Shown in pieces: positions 16,274-24,220 of a DNA stretch of 36,044 nucleotides. The notes below the pieces were generated by a model. The model did no database searches. It saw only the letters and a program-made list of their open reading frames with translations, and was not told the origin of the DNA. The stretch lies in IMG/VR virus record IMGVR_UViG_3300033076_001099, positions 1-36,044 of that record. One strand, written 5' to 3'. The stretch is from a virus. Its lineage: Duplodnaviria > Caudoviricetes. The first letter of the stretch is position 1; each line of letters begins with the position of its first letter. The translations under genes and the position numbers were made by a program.

Positions 16274-16701
16274 TAAGGAGCCTCATGAATAATAAACCAG
16301 TTCATGGTACCCGTATCGCCCGCCTCGCTTGTTACCGAGAAGCTGACGCCGTTAGAAATTGCCGATACGTAAGGGTTTAGCGCCGTGCTTTCTGCGCTTG
16401 TCCGAGTGAGGAAGATCCTTGATCCGGTTGTCGCGCAAGTTGTCGACGTAACTACGGGAGTAGTTTGGTTTAGCGTCAGCGTACCACTACAAGCGCTTGC
16501 CGATGTTGCCTCTTGTATCGCAATGGTTTTTCCAGTGATAAAAGCAAAGTCGGTACTGAACGCCTTGCCTAGCTTTTGACAAAGCGCCGTAGCTTGCGAG
16601 CTAGGGAACGCAATACCTAGCGCCGTGGTGCAGGCGTCAGCGTGAGCGGAGGCCACTCCGATCAAATTAAGCGATAGAAATAAAGCTAAAATTCTTTTCA
16701 T
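16273..16701 (-). CDS. Beta-rich structural-type protein with signal-peptide-like N-terminus
   Basis: MKRILALFLSLNLIGVASAHA-D; C-terminal GTLTL...SRIFLT...SFSVTS...NW domain typical of spike/fibre tips. Confidence 0.65.
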   Translation of the reverse strand: MKRILALFLSLNLIGVASAHADACTTALGIAFPSSQATALCQKLGKAFSTDFAFITGKTIAIQEATSASACSGTLTLNQTTPVVTSTTCATTGSRIFLTRTSAESTALNPYVSAISNGVSFSVTSEAGDTGTMNWFIIHEAP

Positions 16702-16703
16702 CG

Positions 16704-17495
16704 TTATACCTTTCGTGGTCGTCCTACTCTGTTTTTTAACTGCTCTGGGCTGATCTCCATTGTTGCCACTGGCGCTTCTTCTGGTGCTTCCTCAACAAAA
16801 GCCTCGACTTCGCGAGAAACACGCCCACGGCTTTTTGCCTTGAGGTCCGCCACTTCTCTCTTTAGGCGAGCATTCTCAAGCTCTATCCGGTCAAGCTTCC
16901 CCACCTGGCCCTGCGGGGAGTTAATGCGCAACCACTGTTGAGCAATGTCTCGTATTTCCCATCCAGACTGATCCTTGATTTGCTCGCAATCGACATCTGA
17001 CATGTCCGCTACTTGCTCAAGGGTATGTATACCAAACATGTGAAGTTCGGTAATTGTCTGAGGCTGCAGAAACTCGAAATCCTCGATGGAATGACCATCG
17101 GGGATCTTGCCGCTTCTGAAATACTTATATTGTCGGTTGAATTGCCTTTTAATGAATGCGTCCGCTATGTCTTCCTTGATATTGGTGTCGCCTTTAGTTT
17201 CGACGCGCACCATCTCTACGACTTCTTCGAAAGCATCCTTGTAAGGAATTCCAGTTTTTGGATCGATGTCAAATAAGAGCTTCCCCTTCTCGTCTCTGGC
17301 CTGAATCGGCTTTCCTTTGGCGTCGTGCGCGATAGAGCCGTCATCCTGCCTTACCCAAAGCGGGCGCGCCTTAAAGGTTAGCCGCTTTTTATTGTAAAAC
17401 TTGACGTTTTGCTTGCCCGACTGCTTCAAAGTACCGTCAGAGTTAATCTCTACGTCCGCAAGTAGTGGGCTCTCAAATGTGTCGATCCCTTCCAT
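16704..17495 (-). CDS. Conserved late phage protein (GI.TLEQVA..SD, HhH-like; coiled coil)
   Basis: Motif and position downstream of the capsid genes; ends in GRPRK. Confidence 0.65.
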   Translation of the reverse strand: MEGIDTFESPLLADVEINSDGTLKQSGKQNVKFYNKKRLTFKARPLWVRQDDGSIAHDAKGKPIQARDEKGKLLFDIDPKTGIPYKDAFEEVVEMVRVETKGDTNIKEDIADAFIKRQFNRQYKYFRSGKIPDGHSIEDFEFLQPQTITELHMFGIHTLEQVADMSDVDCEQIKDQSGWEIRDIAQQWLRINSPQGQVGKLDRIELENARLKREVADLKAKSRGRVSREVEAFVEEAPEEAPVATMEISPEQLKNRVGRPRKV

Positions 17496-17504
17496 AGTGC
17501 CTCT

Positions 17505-17533
17505 AAAAGTAGGGGGCTAAACTTCAGCCCCCT
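17505..17533 (-). terminator. Probable intrinsic terminator after capsid and decoration genes
   Basis: AGGGGGCT/AGCCCCCT 8-bp stem followed by ACTTTT. Confidence 0.6.
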
Positions 17534-17538
17534 GTTGG

Positions 17539-18024
17539 TTAGTCTTGGCAGTTCGTGACCATTCGTTGCGCTGATACGCAAGTCGCGGCCCGTGCTGTCG
17601 TAATGGTTTCGGTGAGGTTTAGTCCCTGGACAAGGTCGGTTGCCGTGTCGTCTACAACGCCCGCTGTAGCGGTTGTGTAGAGCTTCACGTCAGCGGCGCA
17701 GTTAAGCGCAGCATTGACCTTGAAGGTTGTGCTTCCGTCGAACGAGTAAACGTTAATTGGGCCAATTGGTGCCCAAAAGTATTCACTCGCCGCAGACACC
17801 GCAAACTGTGGAATCGCGCACAATGTCGGTTTCGCTCCCGAAGTTGTCGTGGTTCCCGATACCGCCACGTTTGCGTTGCTGATAGTACAAAGGTCGTACT
17901 GTGTTATTGCTGACGACGAAATGAGGTACTTGTAAACCGTTCCCTCTACCTCGCACTCGGTACCTAAAGCGAAATTCGCTGTAGTGCCATCCGAGCTTGT
18001 AAGATTCATTTTTGCTCTAATCAT
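17539..18024 (-). CDS. Capsid decoration / cement protein
   Basis: Immediately after the MCP; Thr/Ala-rich; LYTTATAGVVDD motif. Confidence 0.7.
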   Translation of the reverse strand: MIRAKMNLTSSDGTTANFALGTECEVEGTVYKYLISSSAITQYDLCTISNANVAVSGTTTTSGAKPTLCAIPQFAVSAASEYFWAPIGPINVYSFDGSTTFKVNAALNCAADVKLYTTATAGVVDDTATDLVQGLNLTETITTARAATCVSAQRMVTNCQD

Positions 18025-18041
18025 TTTTCAGTTACTCCCTA

Positions 18042-19025
18042 TTATGAATCGTACATAACAGCGTTAAGCGCTGGATTGTTCATCGTAAGATTTCCAATCC
18101 CGAGCAATACCGCAGCTTCTACCAATTGATTGAATGAGGTTCTCTTATTCAACGGTTGAAAGTTATAGCCGCTGTACATCTTCAGCTTGAACGTCTTGGT
18201 GTTCAGAAGGTATCCACGGTCCGCCGCGATATGCGAAAGCCCGGAGAAAATCTTTCCGCCAGCAAGAACGATGGTGACACCCTCGATTTGGACGTTGTCG
18301 AAGTTAGCTTCGAACATCTCCTTATCTACGGTAATGCGTTGCTTACCGCTGAAGCTGTCGCACGCTGCGTTGTAGTATGTGGTTCCAAACAAACCGAGGT
18401 CGGGCTTGTCTGTTCCTCGCACAATGAGGTTTTTTACATAACGGGTGCGGCTTTCGATATTGCTGCTATCGGTAGCCGAGCCGAATGTAGAAACCAGATT
18501 CACCGAGGTATTACGAATTGCCGAGTAGGTAGCACGCGACAAACCGCCGATAGATCCGGTGTTGTTGGTATCGGGGAGGTATCCTCGAATACCAGCGAAC
18601 GCCTTACCGCCGTAGGTTGTGCCGTCGCCCTGAAGCATTGCCTCCATTACGTTCCAGGTAGACTCGTCTGCAATCTCCTGGCGCTCGTCCATAAGGTCAA
18701 GGAAAGCGCTTTCCCCTTGGTTCTGCGCTTGCTCAAGCTCATTGATGACGGTAGGCGTTACAATGATTTTCGGCGTAAACGCAAAAGACGCTAGGGTGTT
18801 GTTATACCCCATCACGATCTCTTCGTCGGCGTCGATGAGCTGTACATAGTTATTTTGGGCTATGCGGATATTCTCGGAGATGAATCGACCACCTGAAATG
18901 GTCTTAATTCCCCCGTTCTTTCGCATCTTCCAAACGAGCGGAATGTTGTCCGCCACGGCATCCGCTGGTTTCTTCTCTCGAAGCTCCCAGGTTGTTGAAT
19001 AAATATCGCTAAAATTATCTGCCAC
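18042..19025 (-). CDS. Major capsid protein
   Basis: 327 aa after the scaffold; SGG..I, QNQG...DL...R, GDGT..GGK...GI and TG.IGG..R motifs of a widespread podoviral HK97-fold MCP family; GTG start with SD GGGAG. Confidence 0.9.
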   Translation of the reverse strand: MADNFSDIYSTTWELREKKPADAVADNIPLVWKMRKNGGIKTISGGRFISENIRIAQNNYVQLIDADEEIVMGYNNTLASFAFTPKIIVTPTVINELEQAQNQGESAFLDLMDERQEIADESTWNVMEAMLQGDGTTYGGKAFAGIRGYLPDTNNTGSIGGLSRATYSAIRNTSVNLVSTFGSATDSSNIESRTRYVKNLIVRGTDKPDLGLFGTTYYNAACDSFSGKQRITVDKEMFEANFDNVQIEGVTIVLAGGKIFSGLSHIAADRGYLLNTKTFKLKMYSGYNFQPLNKRTSFNQLVEAAVLLGIGNLTMNNPALNAVMYDS

Positions 19026-19029
19026 TCTT

Positions 19030-19053
19030 AATCTCCCTAATCGCCGGGAGATT
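19030..19053 (-). promoter_or_regulatory. Hairpin occluding the MCP ribosome-binding site
   Basis: Perfect 8-bp stem AATCTCCC/GGGAGATT containing the SD. Confidence 0.55.
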
Positions 19054-19059
19054 CGCCTT

Positions 19060-20091
19060 CTAGCGCTCCCGTGCTAGTTCTAAAGCCTTAGCCAGCGCCG
19101 CTCTATTTGAGAGCTTACCGACAAGGTTTGAGTCGTTAACTCTTGGCGCTGTTCGGCCAGGTACTGCTGCCGCTGCGCGTCGAGCTTTATGTGTGTGTTG
19201 TTGATTAGTTTCCGTGGAGACTCTTACAGCTTCGCCTGATACCCGTCCGCCTAACGCCCTGTACGCCTCGCGCACTAGGATTTTTAGGTCAGCATCGGGG
19301 AATCGACGTAAGATCCGCGATTGAAAACGCGGGTCTTTCGTAAGTGATCCGATGTCGCGGGCTAGCTCGATTCCCTCCTCGCTGTTGTTCAAGTCGGGGA
19401 ATACGGGCTCGCCGGTGCGAGTTTTTTCGACGGCTAGCTGGTCAAAGACGTTTCCGAAAGCGGATTCGATTTGATGAAACTTAGCTTCGTCTCTCTCTCG
19501 CTTTAATTCTTCGACTGTAGAATGTAAAGCCTCTATTTTGGGGTCACTTGCCGCAGACGACGGCGCCGACAAGTCTACCCCCAGCTTTTTTAGCTCCGCC
19601 CTAATTGCGTCAGGGTTTTGCTTTCTTATCTCGTCCACTAGCTGCAGCGCCTGCGCGATCTTAGCTTCATCCGGTAGGTTCTCCTCCCCTCTGATTTTAA
19701 GATAATCCTTCACCCGGTTCGCGAGGTCCTTAGTAGCCTTTACCTCTTCGCGGGCCGCACGCTCTGCGTGCTGCGCCCTTATGATCTCCGCGGTTCGCGA
19801 GTCATGGAGGCGCTTATATTCCCGCTGTATCGCGGCTATGTCCTTATTTCTCCAAGCCTGCTTCGCCGCCGCGCTAAACTCAGACGGAGGCTCAATCTCA
19901 GCCTCAACCGCTTGCTTAACCTCTTGTTTTGTTGGTTCCGCGGGTGCCTCCTCTTTCCCCTCGCGGTGCTTCTCTATCGCTTTTTCAAGCGCCTCCCGAT
20001 TAGAAAGCCCGTCGTACTCTTTCGGGGCTTCTACGGTCGTCTCGGTTACTGGCGCTTCTAAAACAACGTCATTTGTTGGCTGTTCGTTCAT
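19060..20091 (-). CDS. Capsid scaffolding protein
   Basis: Acidic and helical; EPP..FS..AK..W motif; directly upstream of the MCP. Confidence 0.8.
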   Translation of the reverse strand: MNEQPTNDVVLEAPVTETTVEAPKEYDGLSNREALEKAIEKHREGKEEAPAEPTKQEVKQAVEAEIEPPSEFSAAAKQAWRNKDIAAIQREYKRLHDSRTAEIIRAQHAERAAREEVKATKDLANRVKDYLKIRGEENLPDEAKIAQALQLVDEIRKQNPDAIRAELKKLGVDLSAPSSAASDPKIEALHSTVEELKRERDEAKFHQIESAFGNVFDQLAVEKTRTGEPVFPDLNNSEEGIELARDIGSLTKDPRFQSRILRRFPDADLKILVREAYRALGGRVSGEAVRVSTETNQQHTHKARRAAAAVPGRTAPRVNDSNLVGKLSNRAALAKALELARER

Positions 20092-20588
20092 AGTACCCCC
20101 TTTTCTTTAAGTAGTGGTTCAAGTCCTGACTTCTTGGCGATCTCTTTTTGCTTCTCTGCCTGCTTTGCCCATTTCTGGTTTATCTCGCGCGGATTGGCGC
20201 GCACCATCTTAAGCGCTTCCTCTGCGGCTTTGCGCCGGTCCTGTTTAATTGCTTTCTTTTGAGCTTCTGCGCCTCTGGTGACGCACTGGCGCGGCTCTTT
20301 AATGCTGCCAAAGGTTAGGCTCCCGGTTTCCTTGTCTAACCGTTCCCACTCCGCACGGCTTTCCACCATACGGCAAGCACCCTCGTGATAGGTAGCTGGC
20401 ATCGAGTCGAATATAGCCATTGGGGCCACGCCGTAGCGTGGGTTTTCATTTGGCGGGAGTCCGGGTGCTATTTCCTTGGTTGCCTTATCGACGTGAAATA
20501 CCCCGCGCCGCTTGCCCTCCGGAAAGCGTGGAGGCCATTCTGCCTCCTTTTCGCTTCCGTAATTAAAAATCTTGCTTTTAATCTTCAT
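20088..20588 (-). CDS. Conserved head-module hypothetical protein
   Basis: Basic 166-aa ORF coupled to the scaffold gene by an ATGA overlap region. Confidence 0.7.
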   Translation of the reverse strand: MKIKSKIFNYGSEKEAEWPPRFPEGKRRGVFHVDKATKEIAPGLPPNENPRYGVAPMAIFDSMPATYHEGACRMVESRAEWERLDKETGSLTFGSIKEPRQCVTRGAEAQKKAIKQDRRKAAEEALKMVRANPREINQKWAKQAEKQKEIAKKSGLEPLLKEKGVL

Positions 20589-20826
20589 CGTCTAGCACCT
20601 CCTGCATAAACATCAGTAAGATCTCTTCGTCTTGTCGCTTTCGTTTTCTTCGCGCCTTAGCCGCCCGCTTTTGAGCCGCCAGCGCCTCGCGCCTTTTCTT
20701 TTTACTTAACTTTCGGTCCTCCCTTAGCTTTTCTAGGTCCTCGTAGTCCCACAATGGCCCCACGTCCGGGGCGGTCCCGGTGTCCGTATTGCCAGCAGGG
20801 GATCGTAGAAAGAAAAGTAAAGTCAT
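20578..20826 (-). CDS. Hypothetical protein with basic helix and DEEILL acidic end
   Basis: Overlaps both neighbouring genes. Confidence 0.65.
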   Translation of the reverse strand: MTLLFFLRSPAGNTDTGTAPDVGPLWDYEDLEKLREDRKLSKKKRREALAAQKRAAKARRKRKRQDEEILLMFMQEVLDDED

Positions 20827-21410
20827 TTCTTCGTTAAGTGCGCGTGAATATCAGCTACCGAATTTGTGTAATGCCTAACCGCAAACTGTTTAAACTCATC
20901 AGAGCGCCCGTCCATAGAGCCGTCGAGCCCATATCCCCAGGTAGCAGCAAAATCACATTTCATGCCGTAGTGGTCTAATCCGTTGGCTACGCGCCACTCC
21001 TTGGATACGTAGAAGAATGTCGAGTCGCATATAGCCCGGCGGTGCGTCGGGTCCTGCCAGCATCTTTGATGGTTGTAATAAGGGGCTATGATTTCCAGCT
21101 TTCCGCCCGGAGCAAGAATTCTGTATACCTCCTCGAAAAACTTACAAAGCGCGTCTACGCTTTTGGGGCTCTTCATCTCCGGGGTGTATACGTCGCCAGG
21201 GTTCCAGTATGCTAGCGGTATATGCTCTATATAGTGGGAGCAAACAGCTTCGGTTACTGACCCGTCAGCGATAGGCCAAGGGAATTGATTCAGGTTGTGG
21301 ACAATATCCACGCCGTCACATTTGGCTATATCGATTCCGGTAAATCCTTCCCGCTTACGTTGACCGCACGCTATATCAAGCTTAATCTGTTTCTTTTTCT
21401 TCTTTACCAT
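20823..21410 (-). CDS. Class I SAM-dependent methyltransferase (Methyltransf_11-like)
   Basis: KLDIACG motif I, GIDI, SHYIEHI, EVYRILAPGG, DPTH. Confidence 0.9.
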   Translation of the reverse strand: MVKKKKKQIKLDIACGQRKREGFTGIDIAKCDGVDIVHNLNQFPWPIADGSVTEAVCSHYIEHIPLAYWNPGDVYTPEMKSPKSVDALCKFFEEVYRILAPGGKLEIIAPYYNHQRCWQDPTHRRAICDSTFFYVSKEWRVANGLDHYGMKCDFAATWGYGLDGSMDGRSDEFKQFAVRHYTNSVADIHAHLTKK

Positions 21411-22117
21411 ACCCGATCCTGTATATGGTCGTAGTGACCAACCTTTACGCGACAATCCACCGCGCACCTGTACCCGTGTTTTCGAGCATCGCCCCAGAAG
21501 TATAGATCCTGGGTGCTAGCGCCCTCTGCTCCTGCTGTAGTTCTAAACCACGGCTTGCGTAGTTTTGGGTCTTTAAACATCGATAGACGAAACAGGTTAA
21601 AGCCCATTCCCGTACCGCAGCACTCGACGATCTGGCCCTCCCTTGGCGGTTGCGGTCTAAAGTTCAATGTCGAATCTTTTGGGTCGCCCCAGATTTGAGC
21701 TACGCCCTCCTCCCCCTTGGTAAAATACAATCCGCCGACGCACGCAAACTCTGGGTGCGCTTCCATCGTTTCTATAAGCCGCACCACGCCATCGGACGGC
21801 GGACAGTTGTCATGCTCTATTGTCAGTATATATTCCCACTGGCTTAGGTCGGGGTGCGCTAGGACCTGCTCTATTGCGCTGCTGTATGCGTCCCCTACTT
21901 CGAGCCCCTGCGCCAAGATGCGAAAAACTCCCTGGTTTGGCGGATAGCAAAGGTTTAGGTGGGAAAGATAAACTTTCGCGGGAATAGAGGCGCCTGCAGG
22001 TACTATCACAATAATGCGCTGATGCTTCCAGCTCCCGCCCTTAATAAGACGGGCGGACGTTTTGCCTAAGTCTCGATTGTGAGTACCTGCGAAATCTTGA
22101 ACTATCAAACCGCTCAT
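21404..22117 (-). CDS. GT-A fold glycosyltransferase (GT2-like)
   Basis: YILTIEHDN (DxD-like E-x-D), VGGLYF, GTGMGFNL, TQDLYF, D.RVKVGH. Confidence 0.85.
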   Translation of the reverse strand: MSGLIVQDFAGTHNRDLGKTSARLIKGGSWKHQRIIVIVPAGASIPAKVYLSHLNLCYPPNQGVFRILAQGLEVGDAYSSAIEQVLAHPDLSQWEYILTIEHDNCPPSDGVVRLIETMEAHPEFACVGGLYFTKGEEGVAQIWGDPKDSTLNFRPQPPREGQIVECCGTGMGFNLFRLSMFKDPKLRKPWFRTTAGAEGASTQDLYFWGDARKHGYRCAVDCRVKVGHYDHIQDRVW

Positions 22118-22124
22118 TAATCAC

Positions 22125-23918
22125 CTAAAAAGTACCGAATAAGGCAAACCACGGCGGACGAATCGCCACGTTAGAGGTTTGCACTACCTGTGAAATGTTA
22201 ATCGACGCGGGTGGCGCCGTTGTCGCTGCAGAATAGACGCCATAAATTGGGTGATATGTTCTATTTCCTCCCCCAAAAGGTAGTTGTTGAAGTGTAAGCT
22301 GTGAGCCGTTCCCCGCTACGGAGTAAGTACCTACCGTACCCGACGAAGTGCTGTTGAAAATAAAGCCCATGTAATAATCGCCGGGCGTTACGTTGAAAGT
22401 GACCGGCATACTATGAAATCGCGTAGCTGATAAGGCGGTATAGGACGACGCGGCGGCGGTGCTGTTGAACCCGTAAGATACGGATGCACTTGATGCCATT
22501 GAAAGGGTAGAACCGGTTTGGGTGTATAGTGCCGCCGTATATGTAAGCGTGCCGCCCGCAGACGCTGATCCCGAAACGCCCACAATAAGATCGAGTTCTG
22601 TTGCTGATATGTTGTTTGGAGAATTAAACCTTTGAAACAGTAAGCTACTCGCCACCATAGCTTGCAATCCTGCAAGTGGTTTAGGCTCAAATGCCGACAC
22701 GGTCGGGTCCGTCTGAGAAAAAGAGGCCGTGACTACTGAACTGTTGTTCATTCCGAATGTAATTCGGTTCGAATTACTAAACACCACTGTTGCGTTTGTC
22801 CCCGCCGTCTGAGTACCCGCCGCAATGATATTGACCCCATCGGCGCCGCCTCCCGCTACGGAAGCGGTAATAACGGAATTATTCGACATGCCAAAAGTGA
22901 CGCCGTTGCTGTTGCTGAAAACTACGGTCCCGGTCGTGTTCGCTGTCTGCGTCCCTGCGGCCAGCACGTTCCCGCCGTCCCCTGCTCCCCCGCCCGAGGG
23001 GACTGAAATCACCACCGAGCCGTTAGTCATTCCGACCGATGCGATACCAGCACCTTGGAAGCTAAAAGAGCGGGCGTCTAGTGTGGTGCTCGACGCTGCG
23101 CCGGTTGTGTTGCTTACCGCATAGGCTCCCACCGTCTGCGCGGATTGTGTCGGTACTGTATAGGAGCCCACTACCGATCCGTTTGAGTTGCTAAACGTCA
23201 ACCCATTGCTATTTGCGAAGGTTAGAGTCTGAAACGTAGACGAGCCGCCCGACGCGCTAAACGCCGGGTTGCTTTGGGATGTTACCCCGTTGTGACTGCC
23301 GACTAACGAGCCGTTTGAAGTGTAAAAACTGAGCCCGTTTAAATTACCGAAGGTTGCAGTTTGAAAGGCAAAACTACCGTTACTTCCGCTTAATGCCTGG
23401 TTAGACTGCGACGTGAGGCCATTATGGGAGGCTGTAATCGTCCCGGCGTTAAGGCCAAACGACACGCCGTTACCGTTTGCGAAGCTAATTTGACTTGTGT
23501 TGTTTGATGTTGTGCCAGCGCTGAAGTTAACCGCAGACAGTAACCCGGCGGTACTTGGTACCGTATATGATGCAGTGACTTGCGAGCTATTCGACATTCC
23601 GAACGAAATGCCGTTGGAATTAGCAAAGTTCACGGTGCCGCTAGTCGCCGTCTGAGTCCCCGCCGCTGCAGCAATACCACCGCCGCCCCCCGCTCCGCCT
23701 GAAATGGTGATCGTCATCGATCCAGCGTTTGTAGAGCCCGAAAGTGTTATGTTGTTTCCACCGGCAAGCACTAGCCGGTTAGTGCCAAACCCGGTGTTTC
23801 CTAGCGTATTCCCAAGCGTAGACATGCCGCCGGAAAATGTAGCTCCGCCACCACCCCCACCGGTTCCTACCAAGTCCGGTAATCCTGTATATGGATTTCG
23901 AGAAACAGATAGCGCCAT
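22125..23918 (-). CDS. Gly/Ser/Thr/Asn-rich repetitive fibre protein
   Basis: At least six repeats of the type AGTQTA..GTV.F.NSNG.[ST]FG.....[IV]TAS, poly-Gly hinges, globular C-terminal domain. Confidence 0.75.
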   Translation of the reverse strand: MALSVSRNPYTGLPDLVGTGGGGGGATFSGGMSTLGNTLGNTGFGTNRLVLAGGNNITLSGSTNAGSMTITISGGAGGGGGIAAAAGTQTATSGTVNFANSNGISFGMSNSSQVTASYTVPSTAGLLSAVNFSAGTTSNNTSQISFANGNGVSFGLNAGTITASHNGLTSQSNQALSGSNGSFAFQTATFGNLNGLSFYTSNGSLVGSHNGVTSQSNPAFSASGGSSTFQTLTFANSNGLTFSNSNGSVVGSYTVPTQSAQTVGAYAVSNTTGAASSTTLDARSFSFQGAGIASVGMTNGSVVISVPSGGGAGDGGNVLAAGTQTANTTGTVVFSNSNGVTFGMSNNSVITASVAGGGADGVNIIAAGTQTAGTNATVVFSNSNRITFGMNNSSVVTASFSQTDPTVSAFEPKPLAGLQAMVASSLLFQRFNSPNNISATELDLIVGVSGSASAGGTLTYTAALYTQTGSTLSMASSASVSYGFNSTAAASSYTALSATRFHSMPVTFNVTPGDYYMGFIFNSTSSGTVGTYSVAGNGSQLTLQQLPFGGGNRTYHPIYGVYSAATTAPPASINISQVVQTSNVAIRPPWFALFGTF

Positions 23919-24220
23919 TATGTATACGTCAAACTAGCCCGGTTATCCCAAATTTGCGTGAAATCAAATGGATTTGCTGCAAACCTAATCTCGGTCACGG
24001 TGCCGGTAGTTACCTGGCGCATGATAAACCAGGAGGCGTCGCTATTCGCTGCGCCCCGGAGCGCATACCCCGTGTACACCGTGCCCGCTCCGTCGTCGTC
24101 CAGGTTGCTAATAAAGGGGAGCATTGCGTTTACGGTTTGAACTAACCCCCCATTCTCAAGTCGGGTCACACAAACTGGATAGCTATTCGTGGGGCTGTTC
24201 GCGACGTTTTGAACTGACAT
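23918..24220 (-). CDS. Small structural protein, possible fibre anchor
   Basis: YTGYA..G...S.A.W.I.R ... WDNRASLTY; TAATG-coupled to both portal and fibre genes. Confidence 0.65.
   Translation of the reverse strand: MSVQNVANSPTNSYPVCVTRLENGGLVQTVNAMLPFISNLDDDGAGTVYTGYALRGAANSDASWFIMRQVTTGTVTEIRFAANPFDFTQIWDNRASLTYT

Noticed and set aside
22125-23918. CRISPR array or ice-nucleation protein
   Set aside because: Repeats are degenerate at DNA level and in-frame protein repeats; they lack the AGYGST octapeptide periodicity.
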